Shown here piece by piece: positions 36,174-45,389 of a stretch of 64,000 bases of DNA (within the stretch, counting starts at the first letter, position 1; each line of letters opens with the position of its first letter). The stretch lies in sequence record MK250017.1; one strand, 5' to 3'. Below the pieces are notes generated by a model. It made no database searches, had not been told where the DNA came from, and was given only the letters and a program-made list of their open reading frames with translations. Both the position numbers and the translations under genes were made by a program.

Positions 36174-36455
36174 ATGGAACTTACAAAAGAATATCTGTTG
36201 GAACATGGATATGAAACTAATCATCCTGATAGAGTTTTGTGTCGTTTTTATAAAACAAATAATAAGAATCCAGAGTGGAGAGTTAGTGTAGAACAGGAAT
36301 ACCTTCCATTAAGTAATAAACTTGCATTTAATATTAATTGCTGGAGATGTAATGAAACCGGAGCAATTATTAAACGTGCATCTGTAAGTTATGCAGATAC
36401 AGTAGAAGAACTTAATGCAGTTATTCAGATGTGTGGTATTGATATTAATATGTAA
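36174..36455 (+). CDS. Hypothetical protein (93 aa)
   Basis: Operon packing. Confidence 0.7.
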   Translation: MELTKEYLLEHGYETNHPDRVLCRFYKTNNKNPEWRVSVEQEYLPLSNKLAFNINCWRCNETGAIIKRASVSYADTVEELNAVIQMCGIDINM

Positions 36456-36526
36456 AAATAAAATGGTTAATAGATTTTATATAGTAATTATATTTAATCC
36501 ATTAACCATTCTAATAATTTATTAAT

Positions 36527-37252
36527 ATGAATAATAAAAGTATAAGAAAAGAAAAAGCTATTAATCATACAGAACAGATGAATAAAGAATATTCTATAAT
36601 GATTAATGCTTCTATAACTAATTCTATTATATATACAGATGATAATATATACAACAATAATGTAATTGTTGTTGTTGAAAACATGACAACAACAGATGCT
36701 GTATCTAAATATAAGCATGATGAAAAACTTTGTGTTTTAAATTTTGCAAGTTATAAAAAACCTGGTGGAGGATTTATAAATGGTGCTATTGCACAAGAAG
36801 AAGCTATTTGTCATGATAGCACATTATATAATGTTATTTCATCTGAAAAATTTGAGTCTTACTATGAAGATAATAAAAACAATACTAATGGTGGATTATA
36901 TAGAAATGTAGCTATTTATTCACCAAGTATTGTATTTAGTAATAGTAAAGCAGTTGTTAATGTTATAACATGTGCTGCACCTAATTTGAGTATATTTAAA
37001 GGACCTAAATATAAAGCATATGATACAATTAGAAATAGAATAAAATTTATTCTCGATATTGCTGAAAAGAATAATGAAACCGAATTAATTTTAGGTGCAT
37101 TTGGATGTGGGGTTTTTAAAAATGATCCAGAATTTGTAGCCTCAATATTTAAAGATTTACTTTATTCTACTAATTACTATCATTTTAAAAAAGTAATATT
37201 TGCTATACCAGGAGGTATAAATTATGATATATTTAAAAAAGTCTTTGAATAA
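36527..37252 (+). CDS. Bacterial-type PARG / TIGR02452-like macrodomain protein
   Basis: LNFASYKKPGGGFINGAIAQEEAIC (GGG-x-QEE), VITCAAPN, LILGAFGCGVFKNDP. Confidence 0.9.
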   Translation: MNNKSIRKEKAINHTEQMNKEYSIMINASITNSIIYTDDNIYNNNVIVVVENMTTTDAVSKYKHDEKLCVLNFASYKKPGGGFINGAIAQEEAICHDSTLYNVISSEKFESYYEDNKNNTNGGLYRNVAIYSPSIVFSNSKAVVNVITCAAPNLSIFKGPKYKAYDTIRNRIKFILDIAEKNNETELILGAFGCGVFKNDPEFVASIFKDLLYSTNYYHFKKVIFAIPGGINYDIFKKVFE

Positions 37253-37276
37253 TTTTTTTATTTAAAGAATAATGTG

Positions 37277-37284
37277 TATCTTTG
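37277..37284 (+). promoter_or_regulatory. Bacteroidetes-type -7 promoter element TATCTTTG
   Basis: TAnnTTTG match upstream of 37313. Confidence 0.65.
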
Positions 37285-37312
37285 TATTGTTAAATAATAA
37301 AACAATAAAGAT

Positions 37313-37534
37313 ATGGATAAGAAACTCAAGATACAAATAACACTTCTTACAGTTATTATTACAGTAGGAATCATTATAATTAACAATGCAAAATCAAAAG
37401 TTAATTATATTTTAGAACCATGTCCTATATGTGGTTCATCAGAAGTTCTTGATTGTGGTTATGATAATATGAAGTATCAAGAACATGCACATTGTGTTAC
37501 TTGTAATAGAGATTTTTATATTGATGTAGATTAA
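37313..37534 (+). CDS. Small membrane-anchored zinc-ribbon protein
   Basis: N-terminal TM, CPICG and CVTC. Confidence 0.65.
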   Translation: MDKKLKIQITLLTVIITVGIIIINNAKSKVNYILEPCPICGSSEVLDCGYDNMKYQEHAHCVTCNRDFYIDVD

Positions 37535-37555
37535 ATATTTCCTACTGTATTTTAC

Positions 37556-37595
37556 AAAGGTTTAAAGAATGTTGGCGGATATTCTTTAAACCTTT
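37556..37595. terminator. Intrinsic terminator-like hairpin
   Basis: AAAGGTTTAAAGAAT...ATTCTTTAAACCTTT followed by T tract. Confidence 0.75.
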
Positions 37596-37636
37596 TTTAT
37601 TTAAACATTTTATAATTATTTGAATACAAATTATAT

Positions 37637-37960
37637 ATGATAAAGTTTAAAAATAAAAATATTGAAAGAGAAACTGAAATACGATATTTAACATATATTA
37701 CAGGACGTTCGTATTCATATAACGATGGAGTTAAACATCTAACAAATGTTATTCAAAAAATAATGTCCAATAATGATAATAATAGAAAATATTTAAATGA
37801 AATTGTATATGCTGATGTAATTCCATATATATATGGTTATTCAGAAACACATACAATTTATTATGTATCTGTAATAGTAAAACGTACATATTATAAAGAT
37901 ATGTATGAGTCTTTATATCTATATAATAGAGCATTAGAAGAAACAGAAATAAAGTTATGA
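37637..37960 (+). CDS. Hypothetical protein
   Basis: 107-aa ORF. Confidence 0.65.
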   Translation: MIKFKNKNIERETEIRYLTYITGRSYSYNDGVKHLTNVIQKIMSNNDNNRKYLNEIVYADVIPYIYGYSETHTIYYVSVIVKRTYYKDMYESLYLYNRALEETEIKL

Positions 37961-38109
37961 TAGTAGATATGAATGTATTAGAAGAACCAAAAGAATTTAA
38001 AGATTTTGGTAATTATCTTCAAAAAACATATAAATTTTCTAATGAACAAATAATTTCTATTACTAGTGAAATACATAAGTTAATTAGAAAAAAATTAAAA
38101 GAAAAATAA
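37957..38109 (+). CDS. Small hypothetical protein (50 aa)
   Basis: ATGA overlap; fills gap to 38122. Confidence 0.5.
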   Translation: MIVDMNVLEEPKEFKDFGNYLQKTYKFSNEQIISITSEIHKLIRKKLKEK

Positions 38110-38121
38110 GTAGTTGAATAT

Positions 38122-38592
38122 ATGGGTTTATTTAAATATCCAAGTATGCATGAATTGAAGGATATTGCAATGATTTATAATGATAATGAATGGGATAACG
38201 CAAAATTAGTTGTATGGGATCCAGAATATCAGAGAGAATATAATATATCATTTACAGGTTCTTCTAGACCAACTGAAAATGAAGTAGGTAAAGTTCATTT
38301 TAATATAACAAGAGTTAAAGATGAAAAATCTGCTGATGAAGAAGCGATAGATAAAGAATTAGATGAACAATTTCCTACTTTATCACAATTAGAGAAAAAT
38401 AAGTATGAACTTATTTTTAGACGTGGTGTTGAATATGGGAAAAATGTTATTAAGAATGAATTATTAAAAGAAATATTTAAATCACCATGTGAATCATGCG
38501 GAAATTATATGATGTCAGATGATTGCGTATGTAATAAATTATATAAGTATTGTGATTTTATAAAAGAAGTTAAAAAAAGGATTGAGAAGTAA
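38122..38592 (+). CDS. Hypothetical protein with C-terminal Cys cluster
   Basis: 156-aa ORF, CESC..CVC. Confidence 0.65.
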   Translation: MGLFKYPSMHELKDIAMIYNDNEWDNAKLVVWDPEYQREYNISFTGSSRPTENEVGKVHFNITRVKDEKSADEEAIDKELDEQFPTLSQLEKNKYELIFRRGVEYGKNVIKNELLKEIFKSPCESCGNYMMSDDCVCNKLYKYCDFIKEVKKRIEK

Positions 38593-38619
38593 ATATTCTC
38601 AATCCTTTAATTTTATATA

Positions 38620-39201
38620 TTAATATAAATCTTCATCATCATTTTCATCATACAAATAATCATCAGAATCAGTTTCCTCATCATATTCATCATCTTCTTG
38701 AGGATCTCCAGTATATATTTCTTCTACATTATCATTATCAATATAAAATGTGAATGTTCCATCTTCATATGATAACTTTATAGTGTGAGAATCTGCATCA
38801 TCTACATCAATAACTGTTACATCTTTATCATTTCTAAGTTCCTCAATATCCTTACAATATGAAGAATCAAAGATACCTAAAGCTCCTGCATCTACTCCAT
38901 ATGTTTTACCAGACATTGAATCATATGAACCATCACCAAATGCAGTTCCATGAACAAAACCGATAATATTATTATCATCTGTGATTATACCATCTTCATA
39001 ATCTGGTCCCCAACAATTTTCATAAATATCATCATCTAAAATATAACAAGGATCGCCAATAACCATTGTTAATTTTTCACCTTCTGTATCTATTGTTTCA
39101 GAGTAAGAATCTGAACTACTACTATAACTTTCATTAATTTTTGTTTTAACAGATTTTGCAATAGAAGTTATAATATTTTCATAAAGTTTTTTACTATTCA
39201 T
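38620..39201 (-). CDS. Acidic hypothetical protein (IGDPCY / GDGSY / VDAG family)
   Basis: 193-aa ORF; N-terminal KKLYENIITSIAKSVKTKINES leader. Confidence 0.7.
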   Translation of the reverse strand: MNSKKLYENIITSIAKSVKTKINESYSSSSDSYSETIDTEGEKLTMVIGDPCYILDDDIYENCWGPDYEDGIITDDNNIIGFVHGTAFGDGSYDSMSGKTYGVDAGALGIFDSSYCKDIEELRNDKDVTVIDVDDADSHTIKLSYEDGTFTFYIDNDNVEEIYTGDPQEDDEYDEETDSDDYLYDENDDEDLY

Positions 39202-39318
39202 AAATTAATATATAATTTATTTTTATATTTATTTGCTCATATTTTGATTAATATATAGTTAGCTTAGTATTTATATATTTTATTAATTACATGATGATAC
39301 AGAGCAAATATAGTATAA

Positions 39319-39356
39319 AAAATGAGATATAACTATTGAATGTTATATCTCATTTT
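39319..39356. terminator. Terminator closing the radical SAM / FETNSSS operon
   Basis: AAAATGAGATATAAC...GTTATATCTCATTTT immediately after last paralogue. Confidence 0.75.
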
Positions 39357-39362
39357 ATTTAA

Positions 39363-39668
39363 TTAACTATCATAACCATATCGTCCAAATGCATGAACAA
39401 TTTCACCTCCTGGTGTTTTATATGATTCATCATATGTTTCCATATCATAATCATTAAAATAATCATCATATGATTTATAATCATCATCTGAATCATATTT
39501 CTCTTGATTTGCTTCATACTCTTCTCTTGTAATGAAAACTTCACTATATTTGCCATATAGAAGTTCACCATTTTCCCACTTTTTATATTCTGAATCAGAA
39601 CACATAGTAAGTGTATGGACAGAACTTGAATTGGTTTCAAATACACCTTGTCTTACAGATACTTTCAT
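39363..39668 (-). CDS. FETNSSS-motif protein 5 (short type, 101 aa)
   Basis: MKVSVRQGVFETNSSSVHTL. Confidence 0.85.
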   Translation of the reverse strand: MKVSVRQGVFETNSSSVHTLTMCSDSEYKKWENGELLYGKYSEVFITREEYEANQEKYDSDDDYKSYDDYFNDYDMETYDESYKTPGGEIVHAFGRYGYDS

Positions 39669-39690
39669 TTTATTAAATTTATCTTAATTT

Positions 39691-40251
39691 TTAATTACCT
39701 TTATCAAAATCCCAAGATGAACCAAAATCTGGTGTTTCTACTTCTTCATCAACATTATCATTACCTGTTGATACATAACTATTATAATCAAACAAATAAT
39801 TCAAAAGTCTTTTTTCATTAAATACTGTTGACTCAATAAAATCACCAAGGTCTTCTGTATGGTCAATATAACCATCATCTTTTTCACCTTCTGCATTCTT
39901 ACATACTATGTAAGTATATGTGTCACCATTATCATATGTATGAGTATGCATAGAAATATCATCATAAACAAATACAGCTTTAATTCCATATTTTGCAAGT
40001 GTTTCTTTAATTGCTTGCATACATTCTTTAACTTTATCGATATTTTTCCAATAATATCCAATAATAGCTTCCCATAGATATGATGCTTTATCTGATGTAT
40101 TGAAATAGATTTCAAAATCCCATCCAAAATCTCCTTTATCAAATCTTACTGCATCTGGATATTCAGTAATATTTGATTTCTTAATAATAGAAATTGCATG
40201 TGTAGAACTTGAATTTGTTTCAAATACACTTTGTCTAATTTGTACTTTCAT
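39691..40251 (-). CDS. FETNSSS-motif protein 4 (long type, 186 aa)
   Basis: MKVQIRQSVFETNSSSTHAI; DKASYL, GYIDH, TGNDN. Confidence 0.85.
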   Translation of the reverse strand: MKVQIRQSVFETNSSSTHAISIIKKSNITEYPDAVRFDKGDFGWDFEIYFNTSDKASYLWEAIIGYYWKNIDKVKECMQAIKETLAKYGIKAVFVYDDISMHTHTYDNGDTYTYIVCKNAEGEKDDGYIDHTEDLGDFIESTVFNEKRLLNYLFDYNSYVSTGNDNVDEEVETPDFGSSWDFDKGN

Positions 40252-40277
40252 TTACTTTATTTTTAAAAATTAATAGA

Positions 40278-40634
40278 TTAACATGGTTGATATGTAGAAA
40301 CAACAATAGTAGAATCAACACCATTAGAGTCTTTTATAACCTCTGTAATAGTATCCCAACCTTCATCCGCATAATGATAAATATCCTTCCATACTTCATA
40401 AGGGATATAATCATAGTCATCGAACCAAATATCTTCATTTACATTATTAGGATCATAAATTAATTGATCCTTTGGGACATCTTTTACATTAATAAGTTTG
40501 TCTGCTGATGGTCCATTTTCAATAACCATTTTTCCTTCTTTAAATGCTTGCCAATCACTACCATTAAATAATGCTAATGAATGTGTAGAACTTGAATTCG
40601 TTTCAAATACGCCTTCTCTAATCTGAATTTTCAT
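40278..40634 (-). CDS. FETNSSS-motif protein 3 (short type, 118 aa)
   Basis: MKIQIREGVFETNSSSTHSL. Confidence 0.85.
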   Translation of the reverse strand: MKIQIREGVFETNSSSTHSLALFNGSDWQAFKEGKMVIENGPSADKLINVKDVPKDQLIYDPNNVNEDIWFDDYDYIPYEVWKDIYHYADEGWDTITEVIKDSNGVDSTIVVSTYQPC

Positions 40635-40637
40635 ATA

Positions 40638-41309
40638 TTACAAAATATAAATTTTTGGCTTATTATAAGGTGCATATGCAATATCTTGAAATGTGATAAT
40701 ATTTTCATCTTTCATTACATCATCAAAGAATTTATCGAACTCATCTACAGTAATCCATTTATTATTACCATGTTCAGAAAAATATTTTACATGTGTATCT
40801 GTATTTTCTATTGTTTCTGTATATACACCATGTTCAAGATTATTGATTACATGTACAATATCATAACCTTTACTTTTTGTATATTCTTTAATTCGTTCAA
40901 CAAATCTTGCATATACTTTAGTATCTGTTAGCAATGTATCATGATATTCATTTTCAAAATAAGTTGAACCATATGCATCTCTATTATAATCTTCTATATA
41001 ATATGCATTTTCATTTAATGCCATTGCAATATACTGAAGTTTTGCAATCCAGTTTGAGATAATATAATAAACATTTCCACATTCATCACCATTTTCAAAA
41101 TATATGCCTGTAAGTGTAAATGTTTTATTTTCTTTATCAATACAAAGTAAAGGATTAAACATATCATTATCAATGTTTTCCTTATATTGCTCTATAATAG
41201 CTTTGAATATATTATCTCTAACTGAATTTATAGAACCTTTAGTAATTTGCAAACTATGAGTAGAACTTGAATTGGTTTCAAATACTCCTCTCCTAATTTG
41301 TATTTTCAT
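40638..41309 (-). CDS. FETNSSS-motif protein 2 (long type, 223 aa)
   Basis: MKIQIRRGVFETNSSSTHSL; ATG 2 nt after previous stop. Confidence 0.85.
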   Translation of the reverse strand: MKIQIRRGVFETNSSSTHSLQITKGSINSVRDNIFKAIIEQYKENIDNDMFNPLLCIDKENKTFTLTGIYFENGDECGNVYYIISNWIAKLQYIAMALNENAYYIEDYNRDAYGSTYFENEYHDTLLTDTKVYARFVERIKEYTKSKGYDIVHVINNLEHGVYTETIENTDTHVKYFSEHGNNKWITVDEFDKFFDDVMKDENIITFQDIAYAPYNKPKIYIL

Positions 41310-41311
41310 AT

Positions 41312-41809
41312 TTAACAATATTCATAAAAATTTTTATATTTAGAACCTTGTGGAAGATCATTATCACTGCTAAAATAATTATTATCAAAACATTGACATG
41401 ATGATTTATTGTTAAAAATATATCCTAAAAGATATTTTTCAAATGTTTCATCATCAACATTATTATTGAAAATATTATCCAATACATCTTCACACCAACC
41501 ACTTGATTCATATTCACCATTTTCATCAATAAGGTAATCAAACTTAATTTCATATTTTGAAATTACCTTATTAATACGGTTTTTGCAATAAATGAAATTT
41601 GTTAATGAATCATTCATTGTCATGTAATTAAACAATGAATCAAGACGTTCCTGAAGTTTATCATTTGTTTGACGTTTATCCCATGGTATACCAAGTTTAA
41701 ATGTCATACCTGCATATTTTTTAATATTTACTGGTTCCAAACATATAGTTAATGTATGTACGGAACTTGAATTTGTTTCAAATACACCTCGTCTAATTTG
41801 TACTTTCAT
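41312..41809 (-). CDS. FETNSSS-motif protein 1 (long type, 165 aa)
   Basis: MKVQIRRGVFETNSSSVHTL. Confidence 0.85.
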   Translation of the reverse strand: MKVQIRRGVFETNSSSVHTLTICLEPVNIKKYAGMTFKLGIPWDKRQTNDKLQERLDSLFNYMTMNDSLTNFIYCKNRINKVISKYEIKFDYLIDENGEYESSGWCEDVLDNIFNNNVDDETFEKYLLGYIFNNKSSCQCFDNNYFSSDNDLPQGSKYKNFYEYC

Positions 41810-41823
41810 AATTATATATTATA

Positions 41824-42711
41824 TTACTTCTTGCTATATTTGTTTTGAATAAAATGAAACATTTCATCCATTGTCTTATCACCAATAGGGAATCGCTCTT
41901 TTGAAATTGAATTCTTTGCAAATTCACCCTTTACCATATCAATATAGAATGTATAACCTCCATCATCACCCATATAGAATTCATCCCATTCCTCTGATGA
42001 AAGAATACGCTGTACTTTAAGCTGTTCAATCGCAAGATTATCAAAACTCAAAACCTTAAAATATGTCTTAATCTCATCAAGATTATCAAAAAGATATTTT
42101 GTATTATTCTTAATGAATTCATCATGTTGCTTATGATAGTTAATACCACGCTGCAAATCCTTATATCCAAGAAGCAATACTTTCAAATCATGATCACGAA
42201 GTTTTTGAATATCAGATTCTTTTAGAATTCCAACAATAGTATGCAGAACAGTATTAGGAATACTATTCATCTTTTCAATAAGTTCATCTGTAGGATGAAT
42301 CAAAGAAACACCAATACCATAAACATACTTATGTTCAGACCATGTTTTCAATTTATCATAGTTTCTCAAGAACTGATTCTGATTAACAGTAATGTTTGCA
42401 TACACCTTTTTCTTTTTCAAAAATTCAAGGAATGCAACAAGATCAGGATGATCTAGGTCATTACCATTAAGAGCAATCTCTGTATATGGATGAAGAGTAT
42501 TAATAAAAGGATATGAAAACAAATCACCGTGTTTCCCTTCTGGTGAGCACCCCTCGTAACAAAACTGACACATCTCTCGACACTTATCTGTTAATTTGCA
42601 ATCTACGTTCTCAGAAAATGACGGAATAAATGAGTCTGCATCCGTTCGACGTATCTTAGTTCCATCACTCAAAATCGTTACAATGTAATTACCATTCTTA
42701 TAACTTGGCAT
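41824..42711 (-). CDS. Radical SAM enzyme (295 aa)
   Basis: CxxxCxxC (CREMCQFC), GN/GG-like motif EIALNGND, ANITVN, GIGVS; no obvious SPASM cysteine cluster. Confidence 0.9.
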   Translation of the reverse strand: MPSYKNGNYIVTILSDGTKIRRTDADSFIPSFSENVDCKLTDKCREMCQFCYEGCSPEGKHGDLFSYPFINTLHPYTEIALNGNDLDHPDLVAFLEFLKKKKVYANITVNQNQFLRNYDKLKTWSEHKYVYGIGVSLIHPTDELIEKMNSIPNTVLHTIVGILKESDIQKLRDHDLKVLLLGYKDLQRGINYHKQHDEFIKNNTKYLFDNLDEIKTYFKVLSFDNLAIEQLKVQRILSSEEWDEFYMGDDGGYTFYIDMVKGEFAKNSISKERFPIGDKTMDEMFHFIQNKYSKK

Positions 42712-42758
42712 AATTCTTTTTATTTAAAAATTAATATTTGTGTTTAAAACTGATATTA

Positions 42759-42766
42759 CAAAGATA
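42759..42766 (-). promoter_or_regulatory. Bacteroidetes-type -7 promoter element driving radical SAM operon
   Basis: TATCTTTG about 50 nt upstream of 42711. Confidence 0.65.
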
Positions 42767-42906
42767 CATAAAAGTTTTCACATAGAAAATATGTAATAAT
42801 CATTTTTAGCATTTATTTGATAAATAAAGAAATTTATATGATTTAAATAAACTTTTTATTATTTCTTTCTTAAATAATAGAAGATATATTTTAATTTTTA
42901 ATTTTA

Positions 42907-43248
42907 ATGATTATGACAGTATTTTACATTATTATGTTTATAGCATTGTATATTGCTTTTGGTATTACAATATTCGGAATTGGTTATAAATACGATTTTT
43001 TGGATGTTCGAAAAGATTATAAGCAATCAGTATGTCAAGGTGATGAATATTCAACAATTGTAATGAGTATTATTTTTTGGCCATTAATTGCAGCATGTTT
43101 TTTGTTGTTCTCAATACCACGACGTATAATAGATAGTCTTATTAATGCAATAGATGAAGATATAAAATATGAAGAATTATTACGTAATAAACGGTTGAAG
43201 AACAATAAAGATAATTATAATGACAATGATAATAATATAAAATTATGA
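42907..43248 (+). CDS. Membrane protein
   Basis: Two hydrophobic segments, IIFWPL motif. Confidence 0.7.
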   Translation: MIMTVFYIIMFIALYIAFGITIFGIGYKYDFLDVRKDYKQSVCQGDEYSTIVMSIIFWPLIAACFLLFSIPRRIIDSLINAIDEDIKYEELLRNKRLKNNKDNYNDNDNNIKL

Positions 43249-43544
43249 TTAATAGATTACATATTTCAACAAAAAGTCGTAAATATACAGATTATTACAG
43301 TGAATTTGTAAAATATAAAGGTAAGAAAATAAAAATTGTTATAAAATTTGAATCAAACCGATTTGTCGCACGTCTATATTTGTTAACAAATTTAGGGTTG
43401 AACGAATTTGCATACTCATCTGATTTTGAATGTGATGTTAATAAATTTAATTGTAATTTTGACAGTATAGATAAAAATGAAAAAATAAAAATGATTAATA
43501 CATTAAAAGATTTATCACGGGATTATATTACTCAAGTATTCTAA
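43245..43544 (+). CDS. Hypothetical protein
   Basis: ATGA overlap. Confidence 0.65.
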   Translation: MINRLHISTKSRKYTDYYSEFVKYKGKKIKIVIKFESNRFVARLYLLTNLGLNEFAYSSDFECDVNKFNCNFDSIDKNEKIKMINTLKDLSRDYITQVF

Positions 43545-43570
43545 ATAATAAATATAAAAAAGAATACATA

Positions 43571-43840
43571 ATGATGAATAATATATTATCTTTTGTAATT
43601 ATGTTTTTACAACATATATTATATATTATAGAAGGCTATTTAAAATGGTTATTTGATATTATAACATTTAAGGAATCTCGACTTTCTAAAAAGAGAATGA
43701 TTATATGTAAAAAATGTGAGAATTATAATCATGGTATATGTGATAAATGTGGATGTATTCTTAAAGCAAAAACTAGAGTGGACTTTTTATTAGATAATGA
43801 CGGAATTAGCATAGACGGATGTCCAATAAGGAAATGGTAA
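43571..43840 (+). CDS. Small Cys-rich (zinc-binding) protein
   Basis: CKKC, CDKCGC, CPIRKW. Confidence 0.7.
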   Translation: MMNNILSFVIMFLQHILYIIEGYLKWLFDIITFKESRLSKKRMIICKKCENYNHGICDKCGCILKAKTRVDFLLDNDGISIDGCPIRKW

Positions 43841-43895
43841 TAAACTATTTCCTTATTTTTTTATATAAAATATAAAAATAAAATGTTGTTATTTA

Positions 43896-44393
43896 ATGAC
43901 TGAAATTTTTAAAGATATTAAAAGAGAAATGCAGGAAATTCAAGATAATATAGGTGCTTTTCACGAAACAGGATTAAGTGATGATGGAATGATGAAAATT
44001 AAACCGTCTATTACTGTATGTGTTGATTTTGATGGAACAATGGTTCAACATGAATATCCTGAAATTGGTAAAGAAACAGAAGGTTGTGTTGAAACATTAA
44101 AGCGATGGATTGATGAATATAATGTAGGAATTATTCTCGATACTATGAGAAGTGGCGATTCATTGGATGAAGCTGTTGCATGGTGTAAAGAAAAAGGAAT
44201 TAAATTATATGGTATCAGTAAAGATCCAGAGCAAGAAAAATGGACAGATTCACCTAAAGCATATGCGCCATTTTCTATTGATGACAGAAATGTTGGATGT
44301 CCTTTAGTATATGGAAAATCAAGAAGACCATATGTAAACTGGGATAAGGTAGTAGAGATTTTTGAGCCTGTTATTAAAATGTTTGCAAAATGA
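43896..44393 (+). CDS. HAD-superfamily hydrolase/phosphatase
   Basis: Motif I VDFDGT, QHEYPEIG, TMRSG, IDDRN. Confidence 0.85.
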   Translation: MTEIFKDIKREMQEIQDNIGAFHETGLSDDGMMKIKPSITVCVDFDGTMVQHEYPEIGKETEGCVETLKRWIDEYNVGIILDTMRSGDSLDEAVAWCKEKGIKLYGISKDPEQEKWTDSPKAYAPFSIDDRNVGCPLVYGKSRRPYVNWDKVVEIFEPVIKMFAK

Positions 44394-44761
44394 TAAAATT
44401 TAAAAAGAAGGATACAGATAATATATTAATCAGAGTTAAAGGTATATCAGGAAATGTAAAAGATTTATTATCATTGTTAGATAAACATGATTTATCTATT
44501 GATGCATTATATAATTATAAGGAATTAGGAAAATATGTAGATAATTCAATTATAATGGCTGATATACGTAATTTGCTATGTAATGGTGCAAATGATTTAA
44601 TTAATATATCACATATAAAAATAATGTATGATATTACAGAAGTAAAATGTATAAAATTTGATACTTTTTATTTTTTTAAAGCATTATTATCAGATGCATC
44701 TACATCAACATATTTTTTAACTAATGATAAAATGTTTATTGAAAAATATATTAAAAAATAA
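44390..44761 (+). CDS. Hypothetical protein
   Basis: ATGA overlap, 123 aa. Confidence 0.65.
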   Translation: MIKFKKKDTDNILIRVKGISGNVKDLLSLLDKHDLSIDALYNYKELGKYVDNSIIMADIRNLLCNGANDLINISHIKIMYDITEVKCIKFDTFYFFKALLSDASTSTYFLTNDKMFIEKYIKK

Positions 44762-44764
44762 ATT

Positions 44765-45298
44765 ATGTAGTACGACGACACAATTATTATTAATTTGATT
44801 GCTGGTGCATGTGCAGGAAAATCAACTATTGCGAGTGGAATTTTTTATAAATTAAAAATGAAAGGAGTTGATTGTGAGCAGTCATTGGAATATGCAAAAG
44901 ACAGGGTTTGGGAAGGAAGTTATTCAACAATGGATGATTAGATTTATATGTTTGGAAAACAATATCATCGTGTATGGAGATTGAATCATAAAGTATAGGT
45001 GGTTATATCAGATAGTCCATTAATTTTATCAATTTATTATTCGAAATTTAAAAGTAAATATTTTGAAGATTTTGTAATAGAGCAATTTAATACATTTCAT
45101 AATATTACATATTTTATTGATAGAGACACTGAATATAATCAGAATGGAAGAATCCATACACTTGAATAGGCAAAAGAAGCAGATCAAGAATTGAAAGATA
45201 TTTTGGAAAAACATAATATTGAATATACCACTGTTAAAACAACAGAGGCAACGGATATTATAACAGATCATATTTTAGATATATTGAATATGAAGTGA
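44765..45298 (+). CDS. P-loop nucleotide kinase, NadR/AAA_28-like (177 aa)
   Basis: Walker A GACAGKST, EYAKDRVWE, DD(TAG)IYMFGKQ, SDSPL; starts ATG TAG; missed by track. Confidence 0.8.
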
Positions 45299-45389
45299 GA
45301 AAATAAAGGGATGCAGAATTTGGTGATAATCTACATCCCTTTATTGCTTAAAATAAATAATGAAATATCATATACGAATATTTTAATTT

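Noticed and set aside
39622-41785. Repeats containing GTTTCAA / TTGAAAC resemble CRISPR repeat ends
   Set aside because: Spacing is 380-680 nt, each copy lies in frame at a gene start, and no cas genes are present; not a CRISPR array
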